Source of the DNA: Takakia lepidozioides
Taxonomy: Eukaryota > Plantae > Bryophyta
Length of the DNA stretch: 64,000 bases
Direction of reading: 5' to 3'
Assembly (NCBI GenBank): GCA_030704615.1
Contig: CM060732.1
Location: 63,364,001-63,428,000 of the forward strand
Below are positions 46,565 to 57,949 of the stretch, piece after piece. The notes beneath the pieces were generated by a model. It saw nothing but the letters and a program-made list of their open reading frames with translations, ran no database searches and had not been told where the DNA came from. A program made the position numbers and the translations under genes. Each line of letters opens with the position of its first letter. The stretch's first letter is position 1.

Positions 46565-49500
46565 TCACCAGTAATCCTCACAAGAACAGAACCCATCTTC
46601 AAAGGGGTGACAGCGGTTAGCATCCCGTACAATAATAGAAATTGCTCGGCCAACAATCTTTGAGATGAACTTGGTGGAGGTGTGGCAGTCACCACACACA
46701 CGAAGATTCTTGATGAGACGGAGAGGCGTCCTAGGGGCCGTGCTGATCAGCCCAAAACCAATGGCCAGCTTCTCACTGTGGTGGCAAAGAGAAAATTCAT
46801 TTTGCTCCTCCCCCACATCATGCAATACAAAGCGTGTGTCAGGCACATACCCTGCCTCCTTCATCTCCCCAGACAATCTTCTCAGCTCAGCATGGATTTC
46901 CTTAATTTTGGGATGCAATTTGTCATCTACAACAAAGTTGTGCACCCTGTTGCCAACCTCAATGCAGCAGTGACCTGGCTCCTTTCTAACCCCTCTGACC
47001 ATCATCATTTTTCTCACCTTTGCACTATCGTCCCACCTGCGGGCTGTGGCATAGATGTTTGATAGTAACACGGAAGTTACGGCATCCTATTCATCTCCCT
47101 CGAGAATAGATGTCGCCGCACGTTCAGCCATCTCCACATTGCCATGGATTCTGCAGGCACCAAGCAAGGCCTTCCACACCACAGCATCTGGTTTGATTGG
47201 CATTTTATTAATGAGGTCCTCTGCCTCATCCAATCGCCCTGCACGTCCAAGAAGGTCCACCATGCAGCCAAAGTGCTTTATTGTCGGAGTGACACCATGA
47301 TCTTGATGCAGGGAATCAAAGTAGCGTATTCCTTCATACAGTAGGCCAACATGGCTGCATGCAGAGAGAACACAAATAAATGTGATACTGTCTGGTTTCA
47401 AGCCTTCCTTTTGCATTCCTTCAAATAGCTGCAGGGCCTCCCTATGACAACCATGCTGGGCATATCCTGCGATCATTGCACTCCATGACACCACATCTCG
47501 TTCGGCCATATTGTCAAACACTCCCTTTGCATCCTTGATGCACCCACATTTGGCATACATGTCCACGAGGGTATTGTTCAGAATGACATCTGGTACAATT
47601 CCAGCTTTGAGGATGTCACCATGGACCTCTTTGCCCTTTTCCAGGTTTGCCAGGCTTGCACACGCATTGCAAACGCAAACAAACGTGATGTGGTTGGGCT
47701 TCACCCCTTCCCGCACCATTTGCCCATAGGTCTCCAAAGCCGCCATTCCGTGCCTCTGCTGAGCATATCCTGCGATCATTGCGGTCCACGACACCACATC
47801 TCGTTCAGCCATATTATCAAACACTCCCTTTGCATCCTCCATGCTCCCACATTTGCAATACATGTCCACGAGGGCATTGTTCAGAATGACATCTGGCACA
47901 ACTCCAGCTTTCACAATGTCACCATGGACCTCGTTGCCCTTTGCCAAGGCTGCCATGCTCGCACACGCATTGCAAACGCAAACAAACGTGATGTGGTTGG
48001 GCTTCACCCCTTCCCGCACCATTTGCTCATAGGTCTCCAAAGCTTCCATCCCGCGCCCCTGCTGTGCATATCCTGCAATCATCGCACTCCACGACACCAC
48101 ATTTCGTTCAGCCATATTATCAAACACTCCCTTTGCATCCTCGATGCACCCACATTTGGCATACATGTCCACCAGCGTATTGTTCAGATTGACATCTGCT
48201 ACAATTCCAGCTTTCACAATGTCACCATGGACCTCTTTGCCCTTTTCCAGGGCTGCCAGGTTCGCACACGCATTGCAAACAGAAACAAACGTGATGTGGT
48301 CGGGCTTCACCCCTTCCCGCACCATTTGCTCATAGGTCTCCAAAGCTTCCACCCCGCGCCCCTGCTGTGCATATCCTGCGATCATCGCACTCCACGACAC
48401 CACATTTCGTTCAGCCATATTGTTGAACACTCCCTTTGCATGCTCCATGCACCCACATTTGGCATACATGTCCACCAGAGTGCTGTTCAGAATGACACCT
48501 GCTACAATTCCAGCTTTGAGGATGTCACCATGGACCTCTTTGCCCTTTTCCAGGGCTGCCAGGCTTGCACATGCATTGCAAACGGACACAAACGTGATAT
48601 GGTTGGGCTTCACCCCTTCCCGCACCATTTGCTCATAGGCCTCCAAAGCCTCTGTCCCGCGCCCCTGCTGTGCATATCCTGCGATCATCGCGCTCCACGA
48701 CACCACATTTCGTTTAGGCATATTGTTGAACACTCCCTTTGCATCCTCCATGCACCCACATTTAGCATACATGTCCACCAGGGTACTGTTCAGAATGACA
48801 TCCGGTACAATTCCAGCTTTGATGATGTCACCATGGACCTCTTTGCCCTTTTCCAGGACTGCTAGGCTTGCACATGCATTGCAAACGGACACAAACGTGA
48901 CATGGTCGGGCTTCACACCTTCCCGCATCATTTGCTCATAAGTCTCCAAAGCCTCTATCCCGCGCCCCTGCTGTGCATATCCAGCGATCATCGCGCTCCA
49001 TGACACCACATTTCGTTTAGGCATATTGTTGAATACTCCCTTTGCATCCTCCATGCACCCACATTTGCAATACATGTCCAGGATTGTATTGTTCAGAATG
49101 ACATTTGGTACAATTCCAGCTTTCACAATGTCACCATGGACCTCTTTGCCCTTTTCCAGGACTGCCAGGCTCGCACACGCATTGCAAACTGAAACAAACG
49201 TGATATGGTCGGGCTTCACCCCTTCCCGTATCATTTGCTCATAGGTCTCCAAAGCCTCCATCCCGCGCCTCTGCTGTGCATATCCTGCAATCATCGCATT
49301 CCACGACACCACATCTCGTTCAGCCATATTGTCAAACACTCCCTTTGCATCCTCGATGCACCCACATTTGGCATACATGTCCACAAGGGTATTGTTCAGA
49401 ATGACATCTGGTACAATTCCAGATTTGACGATGTCACCATGGACCGCTTTCCCCTTTTCCAGGGCTGCCAGGCTCGCACACGCACTGGAAACGCAAACAA

Positions 49501-50020
49501 ATGTGATTTGGTTGGGCTTCACCCCTTCCTGCATCATTTGCTCATAGGTCTCCAAAGCATTCCTATCACACCCATGCTTGGTAAATCCTGCCATCATTAT
49601 ATTCCACGTGATCAAATGTCGTTGAGGCATTCTGCTGAACACTTGGTGAGCATCCCTGATGCTCCCGCACTTAACATACATGTTCACAAGGGTGTTGTGT
49701 AGGAAAACATTTGGCTTGAATCCACTTTGGATAATGTGAGCATGCACCTGCTTTCCAGCTTCCAAGCCTTTCATCTTGATGCACTTATGCAAGAGACAAA
49801 CATAAGTATCTGAATCTGCTGAAATGCCTACTTGGTTTAAAGTCTGAAGAGCCTCTTTCAGTCGCCCTGCCTCACATAGCACCCTCACATTTCCAGAAGT
49901 GCCAGAAGAGGCATTGTGGACTCCCTCTCTTTGTCCTCTTCGGCAAGCTGTGGTCATGGTCGAGATCCACAGGAAATTACAGGTAATCTTGTGCTTGAAA
50001 CCCGGCCCTCTTGGATGCAT
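46565..50020 (-). CDS. PLS-class PPR protein with E and DYW cytidine-deaminase domains (organellar C-to-U editing factor), interrupted by one in-frame TAG at 47089-47087
   Basis: About 26 P/L/S repeats. ORFs 47087-50032 and 46565-47071 are in the same frame. PG box ([10 protein letters not shown]), HSEKLA, CGDCH and terminal DYW. The exon begins after a CCAG acceptor with [13 protein letters not shown] (second half of a PDF motif). Confidence 0.92.
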
Positions 50021-51562
50021 CTGGACCCACACTCTATCCCTGCTCCTTCAGAATCCCTGCCTCTCCATAAGTCATGCATACATCCTCGTCTTGCTGCTAG
50101 CAGCAGCCTAAATTTGTTCTAGCAAACACCTCAACCCTCTTCATAACAAACTAGTTCCTATGCTGAATTGCGTCTATTTCTCTCCGTAATCTAACAGGCA
50201 TTCACCTTTCTGCCTCGATCATCCCTCCATCGACTGGGGTTGGAAAAATGTTTCTCCTCGTCTCTGTTATCCGTTTTTGGATTCTTTCTTGTTGCCAAAT
50301 TGGCAGTAACATGTCAAAATCAACCGAAACCACCATAGATCCACCCACAAGCTAACTTGCAGAACTTAAGTTGGATCCACTTTGGATAATGTGAGCATGC
50401 ACCTGCTTTCCAGCTTCCAAGCCTTTCATCTTGATGCACTTATGCAAGAGACAAACATAAGTATCTGAATCTGCTGAAATGCCTACTTGGTTTAAAGTCT
50501 GAAGAGCCTCTTTCAGTCGCCCTGCCTCACATAGCATCCTCACATTTCCAGAAGTGCCAGAAGAGGCATTGTGGACTCCCTCTCTTTGTCCTCTTCGGCA
50601 AGCTGTGGTCATGGTCGAGATCCACAGGAAATTACAGGTAATCTTGTGCTTGAAACCCGGCCCTCTTGGATGCATCTGGACCCACACTCTATCCCTGCTC
50701 CTTCAGAATCCCTGCCTCTCCATAAGTCATGCATACATCCTCGTCTTGCTGCTAGCAGCAGCCTAAATTTGTTCTAGCAAACACCTCAACCCTCTTCATA
50801 ACAAACTAGTTCCTATGCTGAATTGCGTCTATTTCTCTCCGTAATCTAACAGGCATTCACCTTTCTGCCTCGATCATCCCTCCATCGACTGGGGTTGGAA
50901 AAATGTTTCTCCTCGTCTCTGTTATCCGTTTTTGGATTCTTTCTTGTTGCCAAATTGGCAGTAACATGTCAAAATCAACCGAAACCACCATAGATCCACC
51001 CACAAGCTAACTTGCAGAACTTAAGTTGGATCCACTTTGGATAATGTGAGCATGCACCTGCTTTCCAGCTTCCAAGCCTTTCATCTTGATGCACTTATGC
51101 AAGAGACAAACATAAGTATCTGCATCTGCTGACATGCCTCCTTGGTTTAAAGTCTGAAGAGCCTCTTTCAGTCGCCCTGCCTCACATAGCATCCTCACAT
51201 TTCCAGAAGTGCCAGAAGAGGCATTGTGGACTCCCCCTCTTTGTCCTCTTTGGCAAGCTGTGGTCATGGTCGAGATCCACAGGAAATTACAGGTAATCTT
51301 GTGCTTGAAATCCGGCCCTTTTGGATACATCTGGACCCACACTTTATCCCTGCTCCTTCAGTATCCCTGCCTCTCCATAAATCATGCATACATCCTCGTC
51401 TTGCTGCTAGCAGCAGCCTAAATTGGTTCTAAGTAGCAAACACCTCAACCCTTTTCATAACAAACTAGTTCCTATGCTGAATTGCGTCTATTTCTCTCTG
51501 TGATCTAACAGGCATTCACCTTTCTGCCTCGATTATCCCTCCATTGACTGGGCTTGGAAAAA
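49720..51562. repeat. 655-bp tandem repeat (2.8 copies) of the PDF-motif exon, intron and PPR 5' end
   Basis: Units start at 49720, 50375 and 51030; near-identical ORFs recur at exactly 655-bp offsets (50032, 50687, 51342). Confidence 0.95.
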
Positions 51563-51638
51563 GCAACCTGGTCTGATTTTTGTTTTTTGAAAAATGGTTT
51601 GTCCGGAAAACAAAAACAGGGAAAAGGCAAACGGGGTT

Positions 51639-51646
51639 TAGGGTTT
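51639..51646 (-). promoter_or_regulatory. Telo-box (AAACCCTA) in the short head-to-head interval between the PPR locus and FtsHi5
   Basis: TAGGGTTT on the + strand, ~190 bp upstream of the FtsHi5 ATG. Confidence 0.45.
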
Positions 51647-51832
51647 AGACCCAGTGATCCTAAGAATCTTTCGAGCTGCTTGCATATGGCTCGGTGAAGA
51701 TCCGAGAAATCGAGAATCTGTGCAGATTGCGAGAACAAACTGCGAATCTGGAGGTGGCATTATCGGGCATGTAAATGCTTGTTCTGTTTTGTGAGGTTTG
51801 ATCGGAGGCCCTGCCTCCAAACCTCACCGGGG

Positions 51833-54800
51833 ATGAGTGTGTTCTGCCCCTCTGTCACTTGTTGCTACAATGCAGAGACGCATCTGTTGCGAGTGCCGGG
51901 ATGCAACACCGAGTGGGGAAATTCGAGTGGGAGGCTTACTCAGTTTTTGCAATTACCAAAGACATGTTCATGGTATAAGATTTATACTCGAGGTCGGAGT
52001 CTATCCAACTCCAAACAGCGCATATGCTGGAATGGTTATAAAGAAGAACGGAACACGATCTTCCCGGGGCTTTCGAGGTCTCAAAGACAGCACCGGGTTT
52101 TCAGAAACGGAAGAAGAACCTCCAAATTGTCAGGCATGCAAAGGGAGGTATTCTTAGTTGCTACCTCCTCCGCGTTTCCTTCCTCTGTGCATTCAATTCG
52201 TTCTCAATTTTCACATTCTTGTGAAGAAGCATGTCCTGATTTGGCTTCGGGAGAATATCGGGAAAGGGATGTTGAGGTGTCTTCGTCATCTTCCTCGACT
52301 GTGTCCGATGTACAGTCTGTAAGTCAAGGTAACCACGCAGAGAAGAGTGTAGGGTCATTGCTGCTGAATCCCAAACCAACAGCTGGAGATGAGGTTGATG
52401 ATCTACTGCATGACAGAAGTATCTTTAAAGACAATTGTGTTCAGTTTGCAAGAACATTGGGTAGAGTGATTTCGGTTGCCATGGTCTTTGCGGCACTAGG
52501 ATTTGGGCCGACCCGCAGGCTCTCTGGGAATGCGATGGCGGTACCAACGGAAACCTCGTCGTCAACCGATAGACATGCTTCGGAGAAATCAGTGCCGAGA
52601 ACGAAAGTAGAGGGAGAGAGGGGGCAGGGAGAGGATGCAGGTGAAGAGGTGGATAAGGTTGAAACTGAGGAGGAAGAGAGAGAGAGATTGGAAAGGGAAC
52701 GAGAATTTCGGGCAGCATTGCAGGTCGATCAAAAACTCAAAGATCTTGAAGCATTTCAACAACGGCTGGGACAGGGACCAGAGCAAAAGATTGTCTTCCG
52801 TGCAAAATTGGAGGAAACAAAGCGGCTGATTAGTGTGGAGCGGAGGCGTCTGCAGGGTTTGCAGTTGATGGAGATGCAGGCCTCCATCACTGAAATGAAA
52901 AAGGAACAGACTGTAATTGGAAAGAGAGCACAGAAAGTGGCAGATGAGCACTTCACTGCAACACGGGATCTACAGAGATTGGCTGAGACAGAAGGAAATG
53001 GAGGAGGGCCAGATCGCAAGGCGAGAGAGAGAGCAGTGGAGGATGCTGAGGGGCGGTTACAGGCGTTATCACAGAGCATTCTAGATCTGGAGGGGGACAT
53101 GCTGGAGAAGAAATTGCTGGTGGAGCGAGCAGTCTTGGAGGAGCTTCCTGCCATCGAGGACAAGAGCAAGGCGGAGTTTGATAATGTTTGGGAGCAATGG
53201 ATGCAAAAGCAGTCGCACCGACACTTGAGTGAACAAGAACACCATGAATCAGAGGATTCAAAAGTCACCAGGGACCTGGAGCAGATGGCTGGTAAAGTCC
53301 GTGAGGAAACCCTGCTGCCTCTTGCAGTTGGCATAAAAAAGCCCGAGGTGCCAAAGATAGAAGTTGATGCTGAGACCCGTGAGCTTATTGACAAAATCAA
53401 AGCAGAGCAAGAGAAGGCACAAGAATTGAGAGCCATTTTCGAGAAATTGGTGAAGCAGAAGCTGGGTAAGACTGACAATGAGAGTCTTGACCATATTCCA
53501 ACCCCTGAGGGGGATGTAGCTATGGGCTTGCCACCCCCTGAACTCAATCTGAGGTCGGATGAGGGAGTACCAAAGGTCCCAGTTATGGCAGGTCTGGAAG
53601 GAGCTCTTGGTTGGAAGAAATGGCGGGAAGAAGCGAAGAATGAATTTAAGCAATACCTGCTGGATAACCCAGAAGCTGGGCAGCAATACATTGCTGAGAG
53701 GCAGGAGCAAATTTTGGTGGCAAGGGACAGAGTTATGGCGCAGACTTGGTACAATGAGAAACAGAAACGCTGGGAAATGGCGCCTATGGCTGCATCATAT
53801 TCAGTTACAAAGCAGCTGGTTGATAAGGCTCGCATCCGGCATGACCGGCGTGTCATGTACCTTACGTTAAAGGGGGATGATCGCGAGTATTTTGTGGACA
53901 TTGAAGCGATAGAGGTAGTGCTTGAGGAGGCTGGGGGTTTTGATACGCTGTACATAAAGATGACAACCTCAGGAATTCCGACAACGACAGAGTTCATGTG
54001 GATACCATTCCGCGAGTGGCCCGTATGGGAGCTCTTCAAACTACCATTCAATGTGGTGTGGTGGGTACTTGAAGACATTTGGGACTCTCCTTTGCTGCTT
54101 TCGGTGAGACCATGGTATTTCAAGACATTAAGTGAAAGCTTTGAGGAAGTAATGATTCGATTTGGCTTCCCATTTGTTCATAGAATCGTGCCTCATTGGG
54201 CACGTGTAGCACTTAGCTTTGACTTGCCAGAAGGAGCAGAAGTAGCAGAACCCACAGATTTGATGCTGTGGCAGCAAGAAGCTCAAAAGAAAGTGGATGG
54301 TCGCTACGGGGAAGGCACCGGATCTCCAGCATGGTGGATTTCACTTCCAATTCGATGCTATGTAGTGGGGATGCCCCTATTGTTTGTGGTAAAGCATGTG
54401 GGCCGAATTGCGTTGGCTCCGTTTGAACCAAGGCGCCTCGCTCCCAATGATGTGGAGTGGAAGGAGAAAAAGCAGGCGCAGTTGGAGAAGGAGCTGGAGC
54501 CTCGAACCAAGAAAGAGTCTGTTGATCCCATTAGGAGTGTTTTTGACAAGATGAAGCGAGTCAAGCGGCCTCAGGTTGGGTTGCAGGACTTTGCAGGTAT
54601 TGATTCTGTGAAGGAGGAGATCAGTGAGGTTGTCAGTTTTTTGCGGAACCCCAAGCGTTTCAAGGAAATGGGAGCCAGACCTCCTCGCGGGGTCCTTATT
54701 GTGGGCGAATCTGGGACAGGCAAAACCACATTGGCATTAGCTATTGCAGCTGAAGCAAGGGTGCCCATGATAGAGCTCCAAGGGGCAGAGCTTGAAGGAG

Positions 54801-56170
54801 GGTCATGGGTGGGTCAAGGGGCTTCGAATGTGCGGGAACTTTTCAAAACTGCTAGAGAATTGGCACCCTTAATTATATTCATGGACGACTTTGATCATTT
54901 TGCTGGAGTGCGGGGAGCAACATCTGACACCAGAAAGCAAGACCACGAATCCCTCATCAACCAGCTCCTTGTAGAGCTTGATGGATTTGAAACGCAAGAG
55001 GGGGTAGTGTTGATAGCGACCACTAGCAGGCCCTGGGCCATTGATGAGGCCTTGCGAAGGCCTGGACGCATGGACCGCACTATCCAGCTCCCTATGCCTA
55101 ATCAACGTGAGCGGGAGCAGATTCTATTAAAAGCCGCTCATGACACCATGGATGTCCACATGGTGAATGCTGTCAATTGGACTGAAGTAGCCAAGAAGAC
55201 AGCGGGTCTTACACCTTCACGACTCAAGTATGTGCCTGAAGGTTTGGAGGGGATTGCGGTTGGCTACAAAATAGTTGATGATGAAGAGCTCTCGTGCATA
55301 GCTGGCTGGCTTGCAACGTTAAACACCCTTACGCCAACGTGGATCAAAAACAGAAAATTCTACAGAGGTTGGAATGAATCCCTGGTCGATTGGCTTGGTC
55401 TTCGTGTGACCAAGGACGATATGGATGCCGCTGTTGAGGATATGGATGTGTTTGGTGAGACAAAACCTGGGATGGAGCTTCGTGATCCTCATGTAGTGTG
55501 GACGAGGGAGTACAAGTTTCCACATGCTGTGTGGGCTGCTGGTCGCGGCTTGATAGCCCTCCTCCTTCCAAATTTTGATTCAGTTGATCAGATATGGCTT
55601 GACCAGTCTTCTTGGGAAGGAATTGCATTCACAAGGTTGACAAAAAGACTGGAAGGAGGGTCCGAAGAGACAGGGACCATGACACGCTCCTATTATGAGA
55701 AAAGTTTGGTACTGTGTTTTGGGCCGTATGTAGCAGCACGCCTGCTACTCCCTTTTGGTGAAAACAACAACCTCTGTAGATTCGACCTGGAGAATGCACA
55801 GGAAATTGCGGCACGTATGGTGTTAGAGTTGGGGTGGGGTCCAGAGGGCAGCCCCCATATCTATATGACAGGTGGATCAAGCAATGGATTGGCAATAGGG
55901 GACAATCATGAGTATGAGCTTGAAGCTCAGATCGAAAAGTTGTTCCATACAGCTTGTGACAGGGCTGTTCAAATGATCCAACATAACCGACCAGTGCTGG
56001 ATGCCTTACTTGAGCACCTTCTTCAGTTTGACTCACTTACCAAGAAGGATATGGCGAGGATACTTGAAGAAACCGGAGCAGTGTTTGAGGAGGAACCCTT
56101 CATGCTTATTAAAGACACAAGGGAGATTCCTATGCTCGTGAGCAGTGTCAAGAGCAGTGTTTCAAACTAG
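51833..56170 (+). CDS. FTSHI5: Chloroplast FtsH-like AAA ATPase lacking the protease zinc motif (FtsHi5), single exon
   Basis: Transit-peptide-like N-terminus; long coiled coil; GWKKWREEAK and ARIRHD...MYLTLKGDDREY blocks; Walker A GESGTGKT; SRH ALRRPGRMDR; KFPHAVWAAGRGLIALLLPNFD in place of HExxH. First ATG at 51833. Confidence 0.9.
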   Translation: MSVFCPSVTCCYNAETHLLRVPGCNTEWGNSSGRLTQFLQLPKTCSWYKIYTRGRSLSNSKQRICWNGYKEERNTIFPGLSRSQRQHRVFRNGRRTSKLSGMQREVFLVATSSAFPSSVHSIRSQFSHSCEEACPDLASGEYRERDVEVSSSSSSTVSDVQSVSQGNHAEKSVGSLLLNPKPTAGDEVDDLLHDRSIFKDNCVQFARTLGRVISVAMVFAALGFGPTRRLSGNAMAVPTETSSSTDRHASEKSVPRTKVEGERGQGEDAGEEVDKVETEEEERERLEREREFRAALQVDQKLKDLEAFQQRLGQGPEQKIVFRAKLEETKRLISVERRRLQGLQLMEMQASITEMKKEQTVIGKRAQKVADEHFTATRDLQRLAETEGNGGGPDRKARERAVEDAEGRLQALSQSILDLEGDMLEKKLLVERAVLEELPAIEDKSKAEFDNVWEQWMQKQSHRHLSEQEHHESEDSKVTRDLEQMAGKVREETLLPLAVGIKKPEVPKIEVDAETRELIDKIKAEQEKAQELRAIFEKLVKQKLGKTDNESLDHIPTPEGDVAMGLPPPELNLRSDEGVPKVPVMAGLEGALGWKKWREEAKNEFKQYLLDNPEAGQQYIAERQEQILVARDRVMAQTWYNEKQKRWEMAPMAASYSVTKQLVDKARIRHDRRVMYLTLKGDDREYFVDIEAIEVVLEEAGGFDTLYIKMTTSGIPTTTEFMWIPFREWPVWELFKLPFNVVWWVLEDIWDSPLLLSVRPWYFKTLSESFEEVMIRFGFPFVHRIVPHWARVALSFDLPEGAEVAEPTDLMLWQQEAQKKVDGRYGEGTGSPAWWISLPIRCYVVGMPLLFVVKHVGRIALAPFEPRRLAPNDVEWKEKKQAQLEKELEPRTKKESVDPIRSVFDKMKRVKRPQVGLQDFAGIDSVKEEISEVVSFLRNPKRFKEMGARPPRGVLIVGESGTGKTTLALAIAAEARVPMIELQGAELEGGSWVGQGASNVRELFKTARELAPLIIFMDDFDHFAGVRGATSDTRKQDHESLINQLLVELDGFETQEGVVLIATTSRPWAIDEALRRPGRMDRTIQLPMPNQREREQILLKAAHDTMDVHMVNAVNWTEVAKKTAGLTPSRLKYVPEGLEGIAVGYKIVDDEELSCIAGWLATLNTLTPTWIKNRKFYRGWNESLVDWLGLRVTKDDMDAAVEDMDVFGETKPGMELRDPHVVWTREYKFPHAVWAAGRGLIALLLPNFDSVDQIWLDQSSWEGIAFTRLTKRLEGGSEETGTMTRSYYEKSLVLCFGPYVAARLLLPFGENNNLCRFDLENAQEIAARMVLELGWGPEGSPHIYMTGGSSNGLAIGDNHEYELEAQIEKLFHTACDRAVQMIQHNRPVLDALLEHLLQFDSLTKKDMARILEETGAVFEEEPFMLIKDTREIPMLVSSVKSSVSN

Positions 56171-57949
56171 TGCAGGCCATGAACACTGATGAGATCTCCG
56201 TCCTCCTGGACTGAAACTACGCAAACATTCTGAACGAGATATATCAGGAGGATCCCTTCAAGCAGCAGTTCACGCCTAATTGTTCCTTTCATTATAAAGT
56301 ACCATTTCATTTCATTTCATTGTCCTTGTCCTTTCTTTCTTTGAAACATTCCATCACAAAACCAGACAAATCACCAGTCAAAGCTTTGGTCCCAATGTGA
56401 TTAACATGCAATGCCATACACCAGTGATCCAAGTAACGTACACTTTGTGGCACAGTTTTCAGGCTGCTCATATCAGGGCAAACAGTTTGAGCTACTATTT
56501 ATACACGCTTCAGCATGTGTCCACCCTTGTTTTAAGGACCAGATACTGATATAGCATTAAGTAAAAATGAGCACAGATTTCCTTGCATCTTTGATACAAA
56601 TGCTTCAAAAACACGATTGTCCATCATTCAAGATTTCCATCAGAGCCTATGCTGAACGTAACAAACGCATGTAATACATGCAAGCCCTGCCAAATAGGTT
56701 GTGAGTTGTGACGCAAGTCCTCTTGGATGAGTTGCGGTTATGGAGCCTTTTCGGTAATGCTTACTGAACCTATTTCACTGGTTGTAGTTAGGTGGGAGGC
56801 CTCTAGAAGACAAGGTCACAACTTTATCTTCATTGAAATGAAACCCAAAGCGCTAGTATGGGCATCCCTGTATGTAAGTGGCTTGAACCGGTGGATGCTT
56901 TTGGTAATTTGGTTCCAAAGCCGGGGATTTATATTATGGCTGTCTATGCTGCAATATGTGGCTGTGAAGATGCACACCCTGTCCATATGCCCAAGAGAAA
57001 AGTAACAAAGATCTATCGATGCGTTTGGATCTTTGGAAGGCCTCTGATGGAACTCCAATTCGACCCAAAAAGAGTGGTCTTGGACATTAGCTCGCTGTTA
57101 GCACAGAAAAAGCCTACAAGGCACTCACCCAGGCTCAGCCTATGCAGACCAAGTAGAACGAGCACTGGGGTCATGGGTTTCAGGACATACTGTAATGTGA
57201 TCTGGGCCTCTGTTTGGCTTAAGTCAAGACCAGCTAGAATCTCAGCATTCTTATGCAGATAGTGAACGACGGTCTAAAAGTGGGGGAATGGCTTGAATTT
57301 CAGGAAGCTCTTTTATGGACCTGTTGTAGCTCGGGGATAATGGAATCGATGGAACATTGTTTGCTGTCTAGTCATGCTCCTGCTAAAATGTGATCACTTA
57401 TCAATCATTCCATAGAAGCTGGGACACCAGGTACCTCTCTGCAATTGACCTGCTTCTAGATTAGGATTGAACCACCAACCAACGAGCTCTGGTTTGCCAT
57501 GTTTTTTAATCTATTAGAAGCTCAACCCCGTGGCATATCTGGCGTTCTAGATACAGTAAATCCTTCTCGGGTCTTACCTGCTTTATTTCTTTATCCCTCG
57601 TCTACCAAGATCTCCAAGTTCACTCCAGAGCAGCCTGACTTCAACTCTGTGCAGACATGCAGACCTCAAGAGAGCCCCTAGGAACGCTGACTGGCTCTAT
57701 GCGGCTTTCCGAGGCTCAAGGGCCCGCCACAGAATCATATGCATCACACTTCGCAAGACCACTCTGTGAGCTACCACCAGATTGCTGGAGAAACCTCAAG
57801 TCAAGACCACCTCCAAGTACAAGGATTAATTACCGCTAATCTTCATCTCTTTAGGACTTAGTTCAAAGAAACAAGAACACAGCATAGCTTTATAAAAAGA
57901 CCCATGTGGGGTGACTGTACAAATGGGTAAAACTGTCCCCAAGAGGAAA

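Noticed and set aside
47087-47089. Stop codon repaired by U-to-C RNA editing
   Set aside because: Plant U-to-C editing is known for organellar transcripts; this is a nuclear gene.
47621-54123. Long antisense ORFs (414 aa opposite the PPR gene; 455 aa opposite FtsHi5)
   Set aside because: Shadow frames of the real coding strands with no independent motifs.
56820-57850. Possible LINE 3' remnant (also 60700-62100)
   Set aside because: No RT or endonuclease motif could be read with confidence.
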